From the NCBI GenBank assembly GCA_030390025.1, contig CM059434.1, positions 79,422,001-79,486,000 of the forward strand: 64,000 bases of DNA, in the 5' to 3' direction. The first letter of the stretch is position 1. Every line of letters begins with the position of its first letter. The DNA comes from Squalus acanthias. Its lineage: Eukaryota. Of the stretch, positions 24,821-36,981 are shown one piece after another. The translations under genes and the position numbers were made by a program. The notes under the pieces are model-generated. The model saw nothing but the letters and a program-made list of their open reading frames with translations. It had not been told where the DNA came from and made no database searches.

Positions 24821-26056
24821 TGTGAAGGAATCTACTATATAACCTTTTTAGAAAATCATACTACTGTATATAGCCTTTTTAGAAAAATACACTATCTTAT
24901 GAAAGAATTCTGGCCCTGTTGAGATAATACAGTGGTTGACCCTGAAGAGTACCTTGTAAGGAACTCTACCTTATAAATTCTTTAAAACATGACAAACTGG
25001 GTTTGGAAATTTAGAAACCTAACTATGAAATAGCTATGAAAGAATTCTGGCTATTGAAACAGGACAAGTTGTTGACCCTGAACAAATAACCTTATTGAAA
25101 CAGGAGAATGGGATGGCTCTGAGGGCCTGACCTTTTGGTAACAAAACAATGGTGAACCCTGGATATGTGATATAAATTAAACTTCGTAAATATAGCACAT
25201 AAGATAAGGAACATCTGCCCTCGTAAATATGACACATAAAATAAGGAACATCTGCCTTTCACACCTTTTATATGGTGAACCCAGAACACCTGGAGATGCG
25301 GCAGATTCTGGAATATTACAAGCTGATGTGTCAGTAAAGAATTGCAGAGGTCAGCAGAAAGATGAATAGTGATAATTGACTTGCATCAGCAGAAACCTTA
25401 AAGGAAATACAACTGAAAAAGGGTATAAATATTGAAGTCTCAAATGAGATAGCAGAGTCGCTTTAATCGGGCAAGGCGATTCACGACTACAGAGGCGGCT
25501 CTGTGGTCTTCCACTCTTTGTACCTCGGGGATCAATGGTATTTTGATATTGATGGATATCCTGTATAGAAAACTTTAAGAACTGTAATACTGTAGTGAAG
25601 TTAAGATTTAAAAGTAAGATTCTCTGTTAAAAATAAGATCGTATTTTTTCTCTTTTTAGAACTGTTAACATTGCGATTGACTGATTCACCAACTGTAAAT
25701 TGCATGTCGGTTCTTTTAATAAATCTCTATATATTTTTAGAATTGTCTCACATAAGTCTTCTGTATCAATAACTCGCGAACTCAATCTCTGTACACTCTT
25801 TGGTGAAGAGTTACATATCTGAAGGAGATCTCCGGACCCTCATGATATCCGGGACGTTACAGTCTGGCTAAACTTATTAAAAGCGCTATCTGGAGGACGG
25901 TAACATTCTCAGGTTGCTCCTTTCCTTTAGGGAGAGATAGCCTGGACCTTTAGACCCAGTTAAGCGTCTTTAGGATTCGGCTACCTCAAACTTTAGTTGA
26001 AAGTGAACATCTGAGAAATACGCCTGATCCGGGTAGGACTACTAAATATCCTTTCA
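24821..26056 (+). mobile_element. Solo LTR, 1236 bp
   Basis: TG...CA ends (TGTGAAGGA/TCCTTTCA), 4-bp TSD TCCC, TATAAA at 25424, AATAAA at 25718, direct repeats in the U3-like part. Confidence 0.88.
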
Positions 26057-27534
26057 TCCCGAGAATGAATTTTTAAAAAAGTCTCAAGGTGTTTCAGAGG
26101 ATTGAGGAAAATGGATGTCAAGCCAAATGAGATATTAAGAGGCGTGACCAAAGGCTTGGTCAAAGAGGTGGATTTTAAGGAGGGTCTTAAAAGAGAAGAG
26201 AGTGGTGGAGGGGCTTAGGGTGGGAATTCCAGAGAGTGGGACCCAGGCGGGCAAAGGCGGGTATATGGAGTTAGGTCACAGATCAGCCATGATCGCATTG
26301 AATCACGGGACAGGCTCGAGGAGCTAAATGGCCTCCTCCTGTTCCCATGTTCCTAAGGCACAGCTGCCAACGATGGGGCAAAGGAAAGAGAGGAATAAAC
26401 AAGCTCAGGTGAGTAATGCATTGCTAACAAGGCACATTAATTCATTGTATGAGATTTCCATTGTGATGCATGCAGTTATAGCAACATTACAGGACGTCAG
26501 GATTGTTCCTTAAACGTCGTCAGCATTTCAGTGTAAACTAAACCCAGAGTAAGTTTTGTGTCAGTTTTACACCAGAGTATCTTGTGCCACACAATGTACA
26601 CGGGCCCCCTTATTCCAAGACTAAATCGATACAGAGTGAGTCCCCAGTGTAACTGGGGCTACAACAAAACTTTGATAAAGGCAGAGGTGAATTAAGGTGT
26701 TGTAGTTTTGCAGCACAAGCTGAAACCATGAAATATTACTCTTTACTCAAAAATTTAAGAGGGTTTCATATTTTTCTGCTAGGTGCTTGGCCATTGCCCT
26801 GAGACGTTAACCCTACCTTCCACTCTCCACAGGTGCTGCCTGACCTGCGGAGTGTTTCCAGCATTTTCTGTTTTTATTTCTGATTTTCAGCATCTGCAGT
26901 ATTTTGCTGGTTGGCTTCATATTTTTATCCTGATATAAACGAGGGGTTTTACAATGCTGATTCAGTAATAATTTGAGGACTGACAGACAGACAACCCTTG
27001 GTCTTAGATGTTGTATAGTGAGGAGTTAGGCCTGGAGTCTTTCCAATTCCTTCTTACTGTGCTAACTCATACTCCATTTATACGTTGATATTTGCTCACA
27101 AATATATATTTTTGTAAACAGCTTGTGTGCGTTTCACAACAGTAGATGCTCATTACCCTTCACTACCACACCCTTTAGCAGCAGCCATTTTGAATGTGGC
27201 TATCTTTTGACTGGTTGCAAATCAATGAAAACTCTCCAAAATGGAGGGTGGGAGATGAGCAAACAAAACTGGCCGGGCCAGGGAGTGAGGAGATTCCCTG
27301 AACCTGCTGATGGTCAAATAATTAAATCACTGCAGACAAAAGGCTGTGGATGCTGGGGTCAATTGGAATTTTCAAGGCTGAGATGGATAGATTTTTTAGG
27401 GGGGGGGTTAAGGGTATCAAGGGACATGGAGCAATGGTGGGTAAATGGGGTTGAGGTGCAGATCAGCTGTGATCTAATTGAATGGCGGAGCAGGCTCGAG
27501 AGCCTGAACGGCCTTTTTGCAGTTCAGATTCTTA

Positions 27535-28158
27535 GGGGTAAAAATTGGGTTGGGGCGCTAAATGTTAGCGCCGCGGCGGCCGATTTTCGCAGGTAGCGCC
27601 TCGAGAGGGAGGAGGGGCACTACGGGAAGCGCCCCGCGTCCCTCTTGGGGTGCTGCGAGCCAATATCGCGGTACTGCAGGCCTTCCTCCCCTTATTAAAG
27701 GGGAGGGGCCTGGCGCAGCGCATCCCGGCGCCCAGCTGGGCCACCAGGGATCGGGAGTGCCGGGCTCACGGAGAGCAGCCGGCACCCTGCGGGGGGGCTT
27801 CACAGGGGCCGGGAACAGCAACGGGGGCAGGTGCTGGCAGCGGGCCAGCAACAAAAATGGCCGCCCGCCACCTCCCCTTTAACTAGCGCCGCCCCGGCCG
27901 CAGGTAGGACCTCCTGACCCCGGCGGACATAGCATCCGGCGGTAAGTCGGGGGGCGCCACCCAATATTACAGCCGGGGCGCGAGCGGGGCACTGCGCACG
28001 GCGATGACGTCATCGCCGGCGGTGCTAACAGTTAGCGCCTTCGCTAACCTCCCGCTGAATTTCGCGGGAGGCGTTAGCTACGCTGCGCCCACGCACTAGT
28101 TGATTTGCGCCCTAAGAGGGCGCTAACGGGAGGCGCAAATCAACTGAATTTAGCCCCC
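27535..28158. mobile_element. PIF/Harbinger-like MITE, 624 bp, CpG-rich
   Basis: TTA TSD on both sides; GGGGTAAAAATT...AATTTAGCCCCC ends; one end shared with the 904-bp family. Confidence 0.8.
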
Positions 28159-28304
28159 TTATAGTATAGCAGTAAATGCACAATATACGTGCAAACATTT
28201 ACTACACTTACGAACCCCTCCAATAATACTACTCAATATTCTTAGTTGAATTTTATCAATAATTTGGATATTGGGCAGAACTTTCAACTTCAGCACGGGC
28301 GGTA

Positions 28305-28700
28305 GAAGGATGTTAGGGCCTTGGAGAGGCTGCAGAGGAGATTTCACAGAATGATACCAGGAATGAGGGACTCCAGTTATGTGGAGAGCCTGGAGAAGTT
28401 GGGGTTGTTCTCCTTAGAGCAGAGAAGATTAAGGGGAGAGTTAATAGAGAGGTTCAAAATCATAAGGGGTTTTGATAGAGTAAATAAGGAGAAACTGTTT
28501 CTACTGACAGGAGTGTCGGTAACCAGAGGACACAGACTTAAGATGGAAAATTGTAAAGGAAAAATTTGCAGGGCTATGGGGCAAGAGCAGTGGAGTGGGA
28601 CTAATTGGAGAGCTCTTTCAAAGAGCCGGCACAGACACGATGGGCCAAATGGCCGCCATCTGTGCTGTATTGTTCTATAAAGATTCTATGATTCTATGAT
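28305..28700 (+). mobile_element. CR1 3' fragment
   Basis: LEKLGLFSLEQRRLRG motif; ATTCTATG tail. Confidence 0.85.
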
Positions 28701-28920
28701 TATACACCCCGCCCAATTTTGCTCCCCAGTGTAAAGGAAAATCAGGTGTTGCGGACACCGGGCAGCTAATCCACTACCGCCTGTTATAGGCCCCTACCGA
28801 AGTTGAAAGCTCCGCCCATTCTGTCTGCATGAGATAAAGTCACTTTATAACAGAAACCTCTAAATTTGTGCACATTGCTAGTGTAACACTCCCTATTCCC
28901 ATTACAGATGCTCTGGTTAC

Positions 28921-29016
28921 CTTGGACAATTCCTTGAGGTTTGCAAACAGTCTCCAAGAATCAATGTCCAGAAGCCATCCACTGCTCTGTAGACATTTCA
29001 ATGTGTTCAGGAAGAC
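28921..29016 (-). CDS. PLEKHG7: PLEKHG7-like exon, DH domain (VFLNTLKCLQSSGWLLDIDSWRLFANLKELSK)
   Basis: AG/GT flanks, 96 nt, phase 0-0; matches recalled LLDVDLWRLFANLEEL. Confidence 0.94.
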
Positions 29017-29634
29017 CTTTGAAAAAGAAACAAATAAGGAGAAACTTCTAAAAGCCAGGAGATCAAAGTCTGCATTCACAACTAATAAAATGGGGCTCCC
29101 GTTATAACTTTCAGTGGGCTGTGTGGGGCACTGCTGAACCAGGTAGGTCCCATTCTTCAGCACCCTTGCTCCTCCTGGCACCACGAATATAGAACCTGGA
29201 AACAAGTTTTGGAGCTGATTTTGGAGCGGGCAGCACCGCTGGTTAGGCCGCTCAGTGGCAGGACCCATGGGCGGACTGTGCACGGTGCACGCTCCAGCCA
29301 CAGGTCCCTTAAAGTTGCTATCGAGGCCCGAACTAGGTCATAGCACCCCAATTTTCAGAGTAAAGAGGCCTACCACCTGAAACAGGCCGTTGATCCGGCC
29401 GCCCGTGAGAAGGCCCCTTTAAAAATGGCGGCAGACTGAGCAACGGTGGTAACGGCGCGGTGAGTCACCCGACCCCAGTTTGAAGCTGTTACCGCCCCTT
29501 TGACGGCAACTTCAGCTCGTTAAAATTGGCCCGCACTGTCTAGCTCTGAACGTGAAGACTGAAATGGATTGTCTCCAAGGTTAGACGGCAAAGTGAGTCA
29601 CTACAGTCAGGCAAAAGGGGAGAGGCAAAGGGAT

Positions 29635-32284
29635 ACTGGGGAGGGGCAATGGGAAACTGTGGAGGGGCAATGGAAACTGGGGAGGGGCAATGGGAAACTG
29701 GGGAGGGGCAGTGGGAAACTGGGGAGGGGCAGTGGGAAACTGGGGAGGGACAATGGGGAAACTGGGGAGGGGCAATGGGAAACTGGGCAGTGGGAAATGG
29801 GGAGGGGCAATGGGAAACTGAGGGGAGGGGCAATGGGAAACTGAGGGAGGAGCAATGGGAAACACGGTGGCATAGTGGTTAGCACTGGTGCCTCACAGCG
29901 CCAGAGACCCGGGTTCGAATCTGACCTCGGGTGACTGTCTGTGTGGAGTTTGCACATTCTCCCCGTGTCTGCGTGGGTTTCCTCCGGGTGCTCCGGTTTC
30001 CTCCCACAGTCCAAAAATGTGTGGGTTAGGTTGATTTGGCTATGATAAATTGACCCTTAGTGTTAGGGGGGATTAAATATGTGGGGTTATGGGGATAGGA
30101 TGGGATATGTTAGGGGGAATTAAATACGTGGGGTTACGGGGGTAGGGTGGGATATGTGTACAGTGGGGATTAAAGCAGGGACAGGGTACTGGATTTGGAT
30201 GATCAGCCATGATCGTATTGAATGGCGGAGCAGGCTCGACGGGCCGAATGGCCTACTCCTGCTCCTAGATTCTATGTTTCTATGTTTCTATGAAACTGGG
30301 GAGGGGCAGTGGGGAAACTGAGGGAGGGGCAGTGGGAAACTGAGGAGGGGCAGTGGGAAACTAGGGAGGGGCAATGGGAAACTAGGGTGGGGCAATGGGA
30401 AACTGGGGAGGGGCAATGAGGAAACTGGGGAGGGGCAATGAGGAAACTGGGGAGGGGCAATGGGAAACTGGGGAGGGGCAATGGGAAACTGGGGAGGGGC
30501 AATGGGAAACTGGGGAGGGGCAATGGGAAACTGAGGGAGGGGCAACGGGAAACTGGGGAGGGGCAACGGGAAACTGGGGAGGGGCAACGGGAAACTGGGG
30601 AGGGGCAATGGGAAACTGGGGAGGGGCAATGGGAAACTGGGGAGGGGCAATGGGAAACTGGGGAGGGGCAATGGGAAACTGGGGAGGGGCAATGGGAAAC
30701 TGGGGAGGGGCAATGAGGAAACTGGGGAGGGGCAATGGGAAACTGGGGAGGGGCAGTGGGAAACTGGGGAGGGGCAGTGGGAAACTAGGGAGGGGCAATG
30801 GGAAACTGAGGGGAGGGGCAGTGGGAAACTGGGGAGGGGCAATGGGAAACTGGGGAGGGGCAGTGGAGAAACTGGGGAGAGGCAGTGGGGAAACTGGGGA
30901 GGGGCAGTGGGAAACTGGGGAGGGGCAGTGGGAAACTGGGGAGGGGCAGTGGGAAACTGGGGAGGGGCAATGGGAAACTGGGGAGGCAATGGGAAAGTGA
31001 GGGGGGCAATGGGAAACTGGGGAGGGGCAATGGGAAACTGGGGAGGGGCAATGAGGAAACTGGGGAGGGGCAATGGGAAACTGGGGCGGGGCAATGGGAA
31101 ACTGGGGAGGGGCAATGGGAAACTGGGGAGGGGCAATGGGAAACTGGGGAAGGGCAATGGGAAACTGAGGGAGGGGCAACGGGAAACTGGGGAGGGGCAA
31201 TGGGAAACTGGGGAGGGGCAATGGGAAACTGGGGAGGGGCAATGGGAAACTGGGGAGGGGCAATGGGAAACTGGGGAGGGGCAATGGGAAACTGGGGAGG
31301 GGCAGTGGGAAACTGGGGAGGGGCAGTGGGAAACTAGGGAGGGACAGTGGGAAACTGGGGAGGGGCAATGGGAAACTGGGGAGGGGCAATGGGAAACTGG
31401 GGAGGGGCAATGGGAAACTGAGGGAGGGGCAATGGGAAACTGAGGGAGGGGCAATGGGAAACTGGGGAGAGGCAATGGGAAACTGAGGGAGGGGCAACGG
31501 GAAACTGGGGAGGGGCAATGGGAAACTGAGGGAGGGGCAACGGGAAACTGGGGAGGGGCAATGGGAAACTGGGGAGGCAATGGGAAAGTGAGGGGGGCAA
31601 TGGGAAACTGGGGAGGGGCAATGGGAAACTGGGGAGGGGCAATGAGGAAACTGGGGAGGGGCAATGGGAAACTGGGGCGGGGCAATGGGAAACTGGGGAG
31701 GGGCAATGGGAAACTGGGGAGGGGCAATGGGAAACTGGGGAAGGGCAATGGGAAACTGAGGGAGGGGCAACGGGAAACTGGGGAGGGGCAATGGGAAACT
31801 GGGGAGGGGCAATGGGAAACTGGGGAGGGGCAATGGGAAACTGGGGAGGGGCAATGGGAAACTGGGGAGGGGCAATGGGAAACTGGGGAGGGGCAATGGG
31901 AAACTGGGGCGGGGCAATGAGAAACTGGGGAGGGGCAATGGGAAACTGGGGAGGGGCAGTGGGAAACTGGGGAGGGACAGTGGGAAACTGGGGAGGGGCA
32001 ATGGGAAACTGGGGAGGGGCAATGGGAAACTGGGGAGGGGCAATGGGAAACTGAGGGAGGGGCAATGGGAAACTGAGGGAGGGGCAATGGGAAACTGAGG
32101 GAGGGGCAATGGGAAACTGGGGAGAGGCAATGGGAAACTGAGGGAGGGGCAACGGGAAACTGGGGAGGGGCAATGGGAAACTGAGGGAGGGGCAACGGGA
32201 AACTGGGGAGGGGCAATGGGAAACTGGGGAGGGGCAATGGGAAACTGGGGAGGGGCAATGGGAAACTGAGGAGGGGCAATGGGA
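29635..32284 (+). repeat. 21-bp G-rich minisatellite (GGGGAGGGGCAATGGGAAACT)n, split by a V-SINE
   Basis: About 100 units over 29635-29862 and 30292-32284; explains the long PIAPPQF/MGNWGGA ORFs. Confidence 0.97.
29863..30291 (+). mobile_element. V-SINE (HE1-like) inserted in the minisatellite
   Basis: tRNA head, V-domain and CR1 tail; near identical to 11773-12197 in the opposite orientation. Confidence 0.9.
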
Positions 32285-32520
32285 TACAAACTGCCCACAT
32301 GAACTATTTGTACTCTTAAGCTGTAGGAAAATGCTTCAGTGTCTGAAATCTGTAAATACCGATCGTCCTCGATCCTCCCCTTCACTTCCAGCTGTGCAGA
32401 ATATTCTTGATGTCTGCCAGATTCACTGGACATTGAATCTGTTAGAGGTACCTTGGGCTTATTTTTAATAACACTTTGAACAGTTAAGATTGAAGCGATG
32501 GGCAAGATTGACAGACCCAC

Positions 32521-32670
32521 CTCCTCCATCACCAGTAACTGGTCCCCGAAGTAGGTGCATTCACTGGTGAAGATCTCCCACATGGCCTCCTGTAGCTTCT
32601 TATCCTTCTGCTCCGTCCAGGTCTCTGGGTTAAGGTTCTGGATCTTCATTACGTGTGTCCAGCTTTTACC
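32521..32670 (-). CDS. PLEKHG7: PLEKHG7-like exon, start of DH domain (GKSWTHV...KLQEAMWEIFTSECTYFGDQLLVMEE)
   Basis: AG/GT flanks, 150 nt, phase 0-0; DH CR1 motif QEAxWExFTSExTY. Confidence 0.95.
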
Positions 32671-32829
32671 CTGACAAGGTAAGTAAGTCTTAGATAAACT
32701 GATACCGAAAGGCCAGCACATTGGCACGAGGGAAACAGTTAAAATCTGCAGGCAGAGAAAGCATTTGACTGATCCCTAACATCGGAGGACCCAGTTATGA
32801 GGCAAACTTCAGCTCTTCAACTTTGAAAG

Positions 32830-33342
32830 ACCTCATCTGGAGCGCTGCGTTCAGTTCTGGGCACCGCACCTTGGAGGGGGTGCAGCGTAGAGTCACTGGA
32901 ATGATACCGGGGCTCAAAGGGTTAAATGATATTATCAAGTTGCATGAACTTGGCTTGTATTCCCTCGAATTTAGAAGTTGAGGGGTGATCTGATCGCGGT
33001 GTTTAAAATGATGAAAGGATTCAGCCGGGTAGATAGAGAGAAACTATTTCCCCTGGTGGGGGAATCAAGAACAAGGGGGCACAATCTTCAAATTAGAGCC
33101 AAGCCGTTCAGGAGCGAAATCAGGAAACACTTTCATACAAAGGGTGGTGGAAATCTGGAACTCTCTCCCCAAAAGGCTGTGGATGCTGTGGATCAATTGG
33201 AGCTTTCAGGACTGAGCTCGATTTTTGTTGGGTAAGGGTACCAAGGGAGATGTCGCAAAGGCAGGAAAATGGAGTCGAGGGACAGATCAGCTGACTGGCG
33301 GAACAGGCTCGAGGGGCTGAATGGCCTCCTCCTGTTCCTATG
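32830..33342 (+). mobile_element. CR1 3' fragment
   Basis: RGDLIAVFKMMKG..LFPLVGESRTRGH motif. Confidence 0.85.
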
Positions 33343-33389
33343 AAAGGTGACTGAGAGGGGAGCTGATAGCGATTTTTTTAAAGATAGTA

Positions 33390-33884
33390 CAGGAAACTCT
33401 TGTTTATCCGGCACCCAAATATCCGGAATTCTCGCTTAACCGGCAAAAATCATCCTCCGAAAACTCCTTTCAAATAACCGGCAATGTTGCCGATCCCGAG
33501 TCCGCGAACGCCGATTTAGTCAGTAGGGGTAGTTTTCAAAAGTGCCACTACTCGGCCTCCTGGCGCTGTCGGAAGTCCGAAACACTGCAGTAGCAGGAGT
33601 TGATTCTCCCGCACTGCCGGGAGTCTCACTTGCTGTTAAGTAATTAAAGAGTTATGGATTACTCTCAACTGGCAGTACTGTACTTAATCAAGCATCTTCC
33701 ACCATCCATTTAACACAACATTCTGTAGGTGAGTACCCAAATACTGTATATTGCACATTTCTTGATTTTTTTATTTTTCTTTGTTAAAAATAGCCTCGGT
33801 AGATATAATTCTCTGTTATCCGGAACTTTCGATCAACCGGCACCACGCCGGTCCCGTCGGTGCCGGATACCAAAGAGTTTCCTG
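33390..33884. mobile_element. Tc1/mariner (pogo/Tigger-like) MITE, 495 bp
   Basis: TA TSDs; TIRs CAGGAAACTCTT..ATCCGGCAC / GTGCCGGAT..AAGAGTTTCCTG. Confidence 0.85.
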
Positions 33885-34044
33885 TAAATACTACAGAGCT
33901 AGATCCAGAAAGACCTTCGGAGCACTGGTCGGAGGTCAGAGAGAGGTGAACTGCCAACTGCTTCACTCTTGTGACTGAGAGAGGGGGTGCGTGAAGGCAG
34001 GAGGGGCGTTTGGCCAGTGACACTGATGAGTCAGAACGAAATAC

Positions 34045-34140
34045 CTTGTACTGTTGGAAGCCGTGATCTGTGCAGTCCGCGATCTCGAGCGATGCCAGAA
34101 GGTTCTCTAGGTCGGATATTTGCTTTTGCTTCACCTTACT
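34045..34140 (-). CDS. PLEKHG7: PLEKHG7-like exon (SKVKQKQISDLENLLASLEIADCTDHGFQQYK)
   Basis: TTTCAG acceptor, GTATTT donor, 96 nt, phase 0-0, in frame with both neighbours. Confidence 0.85.
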
Positions 34141-34429
34141 CTGAAACTACAGACGTAAAACGATTGTGTAAAGTTAAGAGTGTGGAAAAATGCCATTATT
34201 GTGCAGAACTCTCTGGGGCGACGTCTGCCTGGTGGGGGTTTCTCGTGCAATGGTTCGGTTTTTTGGGGGGGAGCCCCTCGATAAAGCCGAGATCGATTTA
34301 CCTCAATCCTTAATTTTATCGCCGGCTCCGCTCGGGGTCCCCTGACCAGCTCGGCGACTCGTGCAACCCAGGCGATTTGCACTATTCTCGCGCCGCCACT
34401 ATGAAATCTGAATACAGGCAGAGGGCTTA

Positions 34430-34598
34430 GGGGTAGAAATTCGGATCAGAGGGAGCCGCAAAGTGGGCGGTATCGGATCGGTGGCCCGTTATCCGCAGCA
34501 CCCGATGTTCAGCTCCACCGCAGTCAATGGGATTAAACACCAGGCACTGCGTGTAACGGGCGCCCGCTCCGACACCGCCTAAGACCAATTTCTAGCCC
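34430..34598. mobile_element. Short Harbinger-like MITE, 169 bp
   Basis: TTA TSD on both sides; GGGGTAGAAATT...AATTTCTAGCCC. Confidence 0.75.
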
Positions 34599-34884
34599 TT
34601 AAAATATATCTGATTCTGATTCCTAGTTAAGTACGTCTAATATCTTTTGCGAACGTGACACGTCGAGGGTGATTTTAAGAGTCTGGGCTGTGCATGGGGG
34701 GCTCGTCCTCCTCCCGCCCCCCCCCCCCACCCCGCCCCCACCCTGTTGGAAACTCCGTGCACACCGAGCATGATTTACCGACCACCATCGGAAAATTGTA
34801 CCCAATCGTGTCCCGTATTTCGGAAATGCACTGCTAGTGGACAAGTCTCCCCACCGGCTGTATGGACTTTCTAAAAAATTAATT

Positions 34885-35215
34885 CTCGGGATGTGGGCGT
34901 CGCTGGCAAGGCTGGCATTTATTGGCCATCCCTAGTTGCCCTGTAAAGGTGGTGGTGGGCCTTCTTGAACTGAAACTCCCTGTAGCATTTTTGAAACGAC
35001 TGAGGGCTTTGCTGGGCCACTTCAAAGGGCAGTTAAGAGGCAAGCACGTTGGTGTGGGACTGGAGTCACATATAGGCCAGACCGGGTAAGGACGGCAGAT
35101 TTCCTTCCCTAAAGGACATTAGTGAATCAGTTGGGTTTTTACAACAATCTGACAGCTTCATGGTCACAATCTGACAGCTTCATGGTCATTTTTACTGATA
35201 CGAGCTCTTTATTTC
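34885..35215 (-). mobile_element. SINE of the 55317-LINE-related family
   Basis: Reverse complement of the body and tail seen at 24570-24820. Confidence 0.8.
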
Positions 35216-36347
35216 CGAATTTATATTTTTTAAACTAGGCCCTCTTGTATAATAGCGTGTTCTAATTTAGCTTTCATGGTAAGGAGCAAACACAAATGGA
35301 TTGCGATACAAACACTGCAACTCACAGCTTTCCTCCCCATGGTTCAACAGGGTTCAGTCAGTGAGCAGCTGAGCCACTCCAGACAAGGAAGGCCCGGTTC
35401 AATCCCTGGTCCAGCCCAAGTTAGTTGTTCTCCGCTTGGGGCAGAGGTCACAGAGTGCCACAGTTGACCTTTGCACCCTGAGTTAGGGAGCAAAAAAACT
35501 GACCCGGAGTTCCTGGTCCCAGTTGCTTTGCAATAACCCCTGCTCCTAACACATGTCAAATGGGGAAGGAACCAGACCCTTCCCTCCCCCACAGTTGGAC
35601 AGTCTGTAAACACTGACTGTCATGGCTTGCCCATGTAGAATGCTTGCTTGGGTAAGATGTTGGAGGGTGGCTGGAGTCATTGTTTGGGGAGAAGAAGGTA
35701 AATTGGGCTAAAAAAAAAGGGAAATTGATTATAACCGACAACAGGACTCTTCATCCAAACATAATGGCCTAGAAATTCAAGAGCGCCCATTTTTGGGGCG
35801 CATATGGAGAGGTCCGAGGAGCCTTGGATATTAGGCCTCCGACCTCACTTGACTGAAGACAGCGATGCAGGAGGAGCCCAAGGAAGAGGAGTGGATGAAG
35901 ATCGTGCTGGTCCACTCCCAGTTTAAAGCCCAGTGATGAAAGTTCTACGGGAGCATACTGGTTAATTATATATAACACAGGTATTTTACATCGGTATTCA
36001 TTGTGAGAAAGAAACTTTGTATCTTAGTTATTGGTGTCAGGGATATGTGAATAGACAGCTACTAACATCAGAGGTACAGCACATTAGGGTTAAGGTTCAG
36101 GATAGGTTAAACGACTTTGCACCTGCTAAGTTTATCGGGGTTTGGGAGAATCACTGGAACATAACCTGGCCAAATTCACGTGTAAGGAGGTGAGTGAGGT
36201 ACAACTTGCTGCTCTCTCGGGGAAATGTCTGATGCAAGTTGCTCAGTCTACACGCATTGATTGTTCAATCTGTACCGCATTCCACCGACAAAATCTGAGC
36301 GAGTGCTGGAATATTAAACGCTCTATTAAAACACGACAAAGTCTTAC

Positions 36348-36388
36348 CATTCCTCGTTTGGTGAAGGGCCATTTTAACTTCTTGGATT
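36348..36388 (-). CDS. PLEKHG7: PLEKHG7-like exon (ESKKLKWPFTKRGM)
   Basis: Strong acceptor, GTAAGA donor, 41 nt, phase 1 to 0; WPF motif as recalled for the long isoform. Confidence 0.85.
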
Positions 36389-36573
36389 CTGAAAGAGGAA
36401 ATTGGGATGGCTTCAGAATTTTGATATCCCATCTAACAGATGATGACAGTGCTCAGCCAACAGAATATTCAAACAACCAAGTTTCTGAAATATGACGCAT
36501 CTCCAAAGCAAAGGATCTGGAAGATCAAATATATACGGAGGCGAAAGACCTCCATACAGGTCTGTGAGCTTAC

Positions 36574-36707
36574 CCAGACTGAGAGTAGGTGTTGAAACTG
36601 TACGATAAAGATGCTCAGCGCCATTAGAAATTAATAAATCCCCAGGAACTATCTCAAGCCCAGGTAAACAAACAACCAACGAACTGCGCCTACGGTCGGA
36701 CAAGGAC
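36574..36707 (-). CDS. PLEKHG7: PLEKHG7-like exon (SLSDRRRSSLVVCLPGLEIVPGDLLISNGAEHLYRTVSTPTLSL)
   Basis: AG/GTAAG flanks, 134 nt, phase 2 to 1; RRRSS..LPGLE..PGDLL motif as recalled for long PLEKHG7. Confidence 0.88.
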
Positions 36708-36861
36708 CTGGAACGGAGAAAAAACAAACACAAGAGGGTAGATTTTCCAATGGGCATTATTTTTAACACTGGCAGATCAAGAGAGTCTTACATGGAGCAA
36801 GAGTAACATGAGATTAATACCCATTATTAACGATATCACCTTTGCTATAAAATAAACCAAC

Positions 36862-36981
36862 CTCTGATCTTTCAATCGCGCACATGCTGAACCCCAATTT
36901 CCTCTGCTCCGAGCAGTCATGACACCCAACTCTGCAACTTCCCCCTTCTGAAGAAAAACTGGGCTCATTATTTCTACTGAC
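36862..36981 (-). CDS. PLEKHG7: Probable PLEKHG7-like upstream exon (SVEIMSPVFLQK...RLKDQR)
   Basis: TTTGTTCAG acceptor, GTTGGT donor, 120 nt, phase 2-2, open and in frame with the next exon; no recognisable homology. Confidence 0.55.

Noticed and set aside
27535-28158. CpG-island-like stretch suggesting a promoter
   Set aside because: Bounded exactly by TIRs and a TTA duplication, so it is a MITE.
29863-29930. tRNA-like sequences with A and B boxes (also at 23156, 14797, 55317)
   Set aside because: SINE heads that continue into SINE bodies; not tRNA genes.
30288-32727. 670-781 aa Pro-rich ORFs
   Set aside because: Translations of the stop-free 21-bp minisatellite; only 32521-32670 is a real exon.
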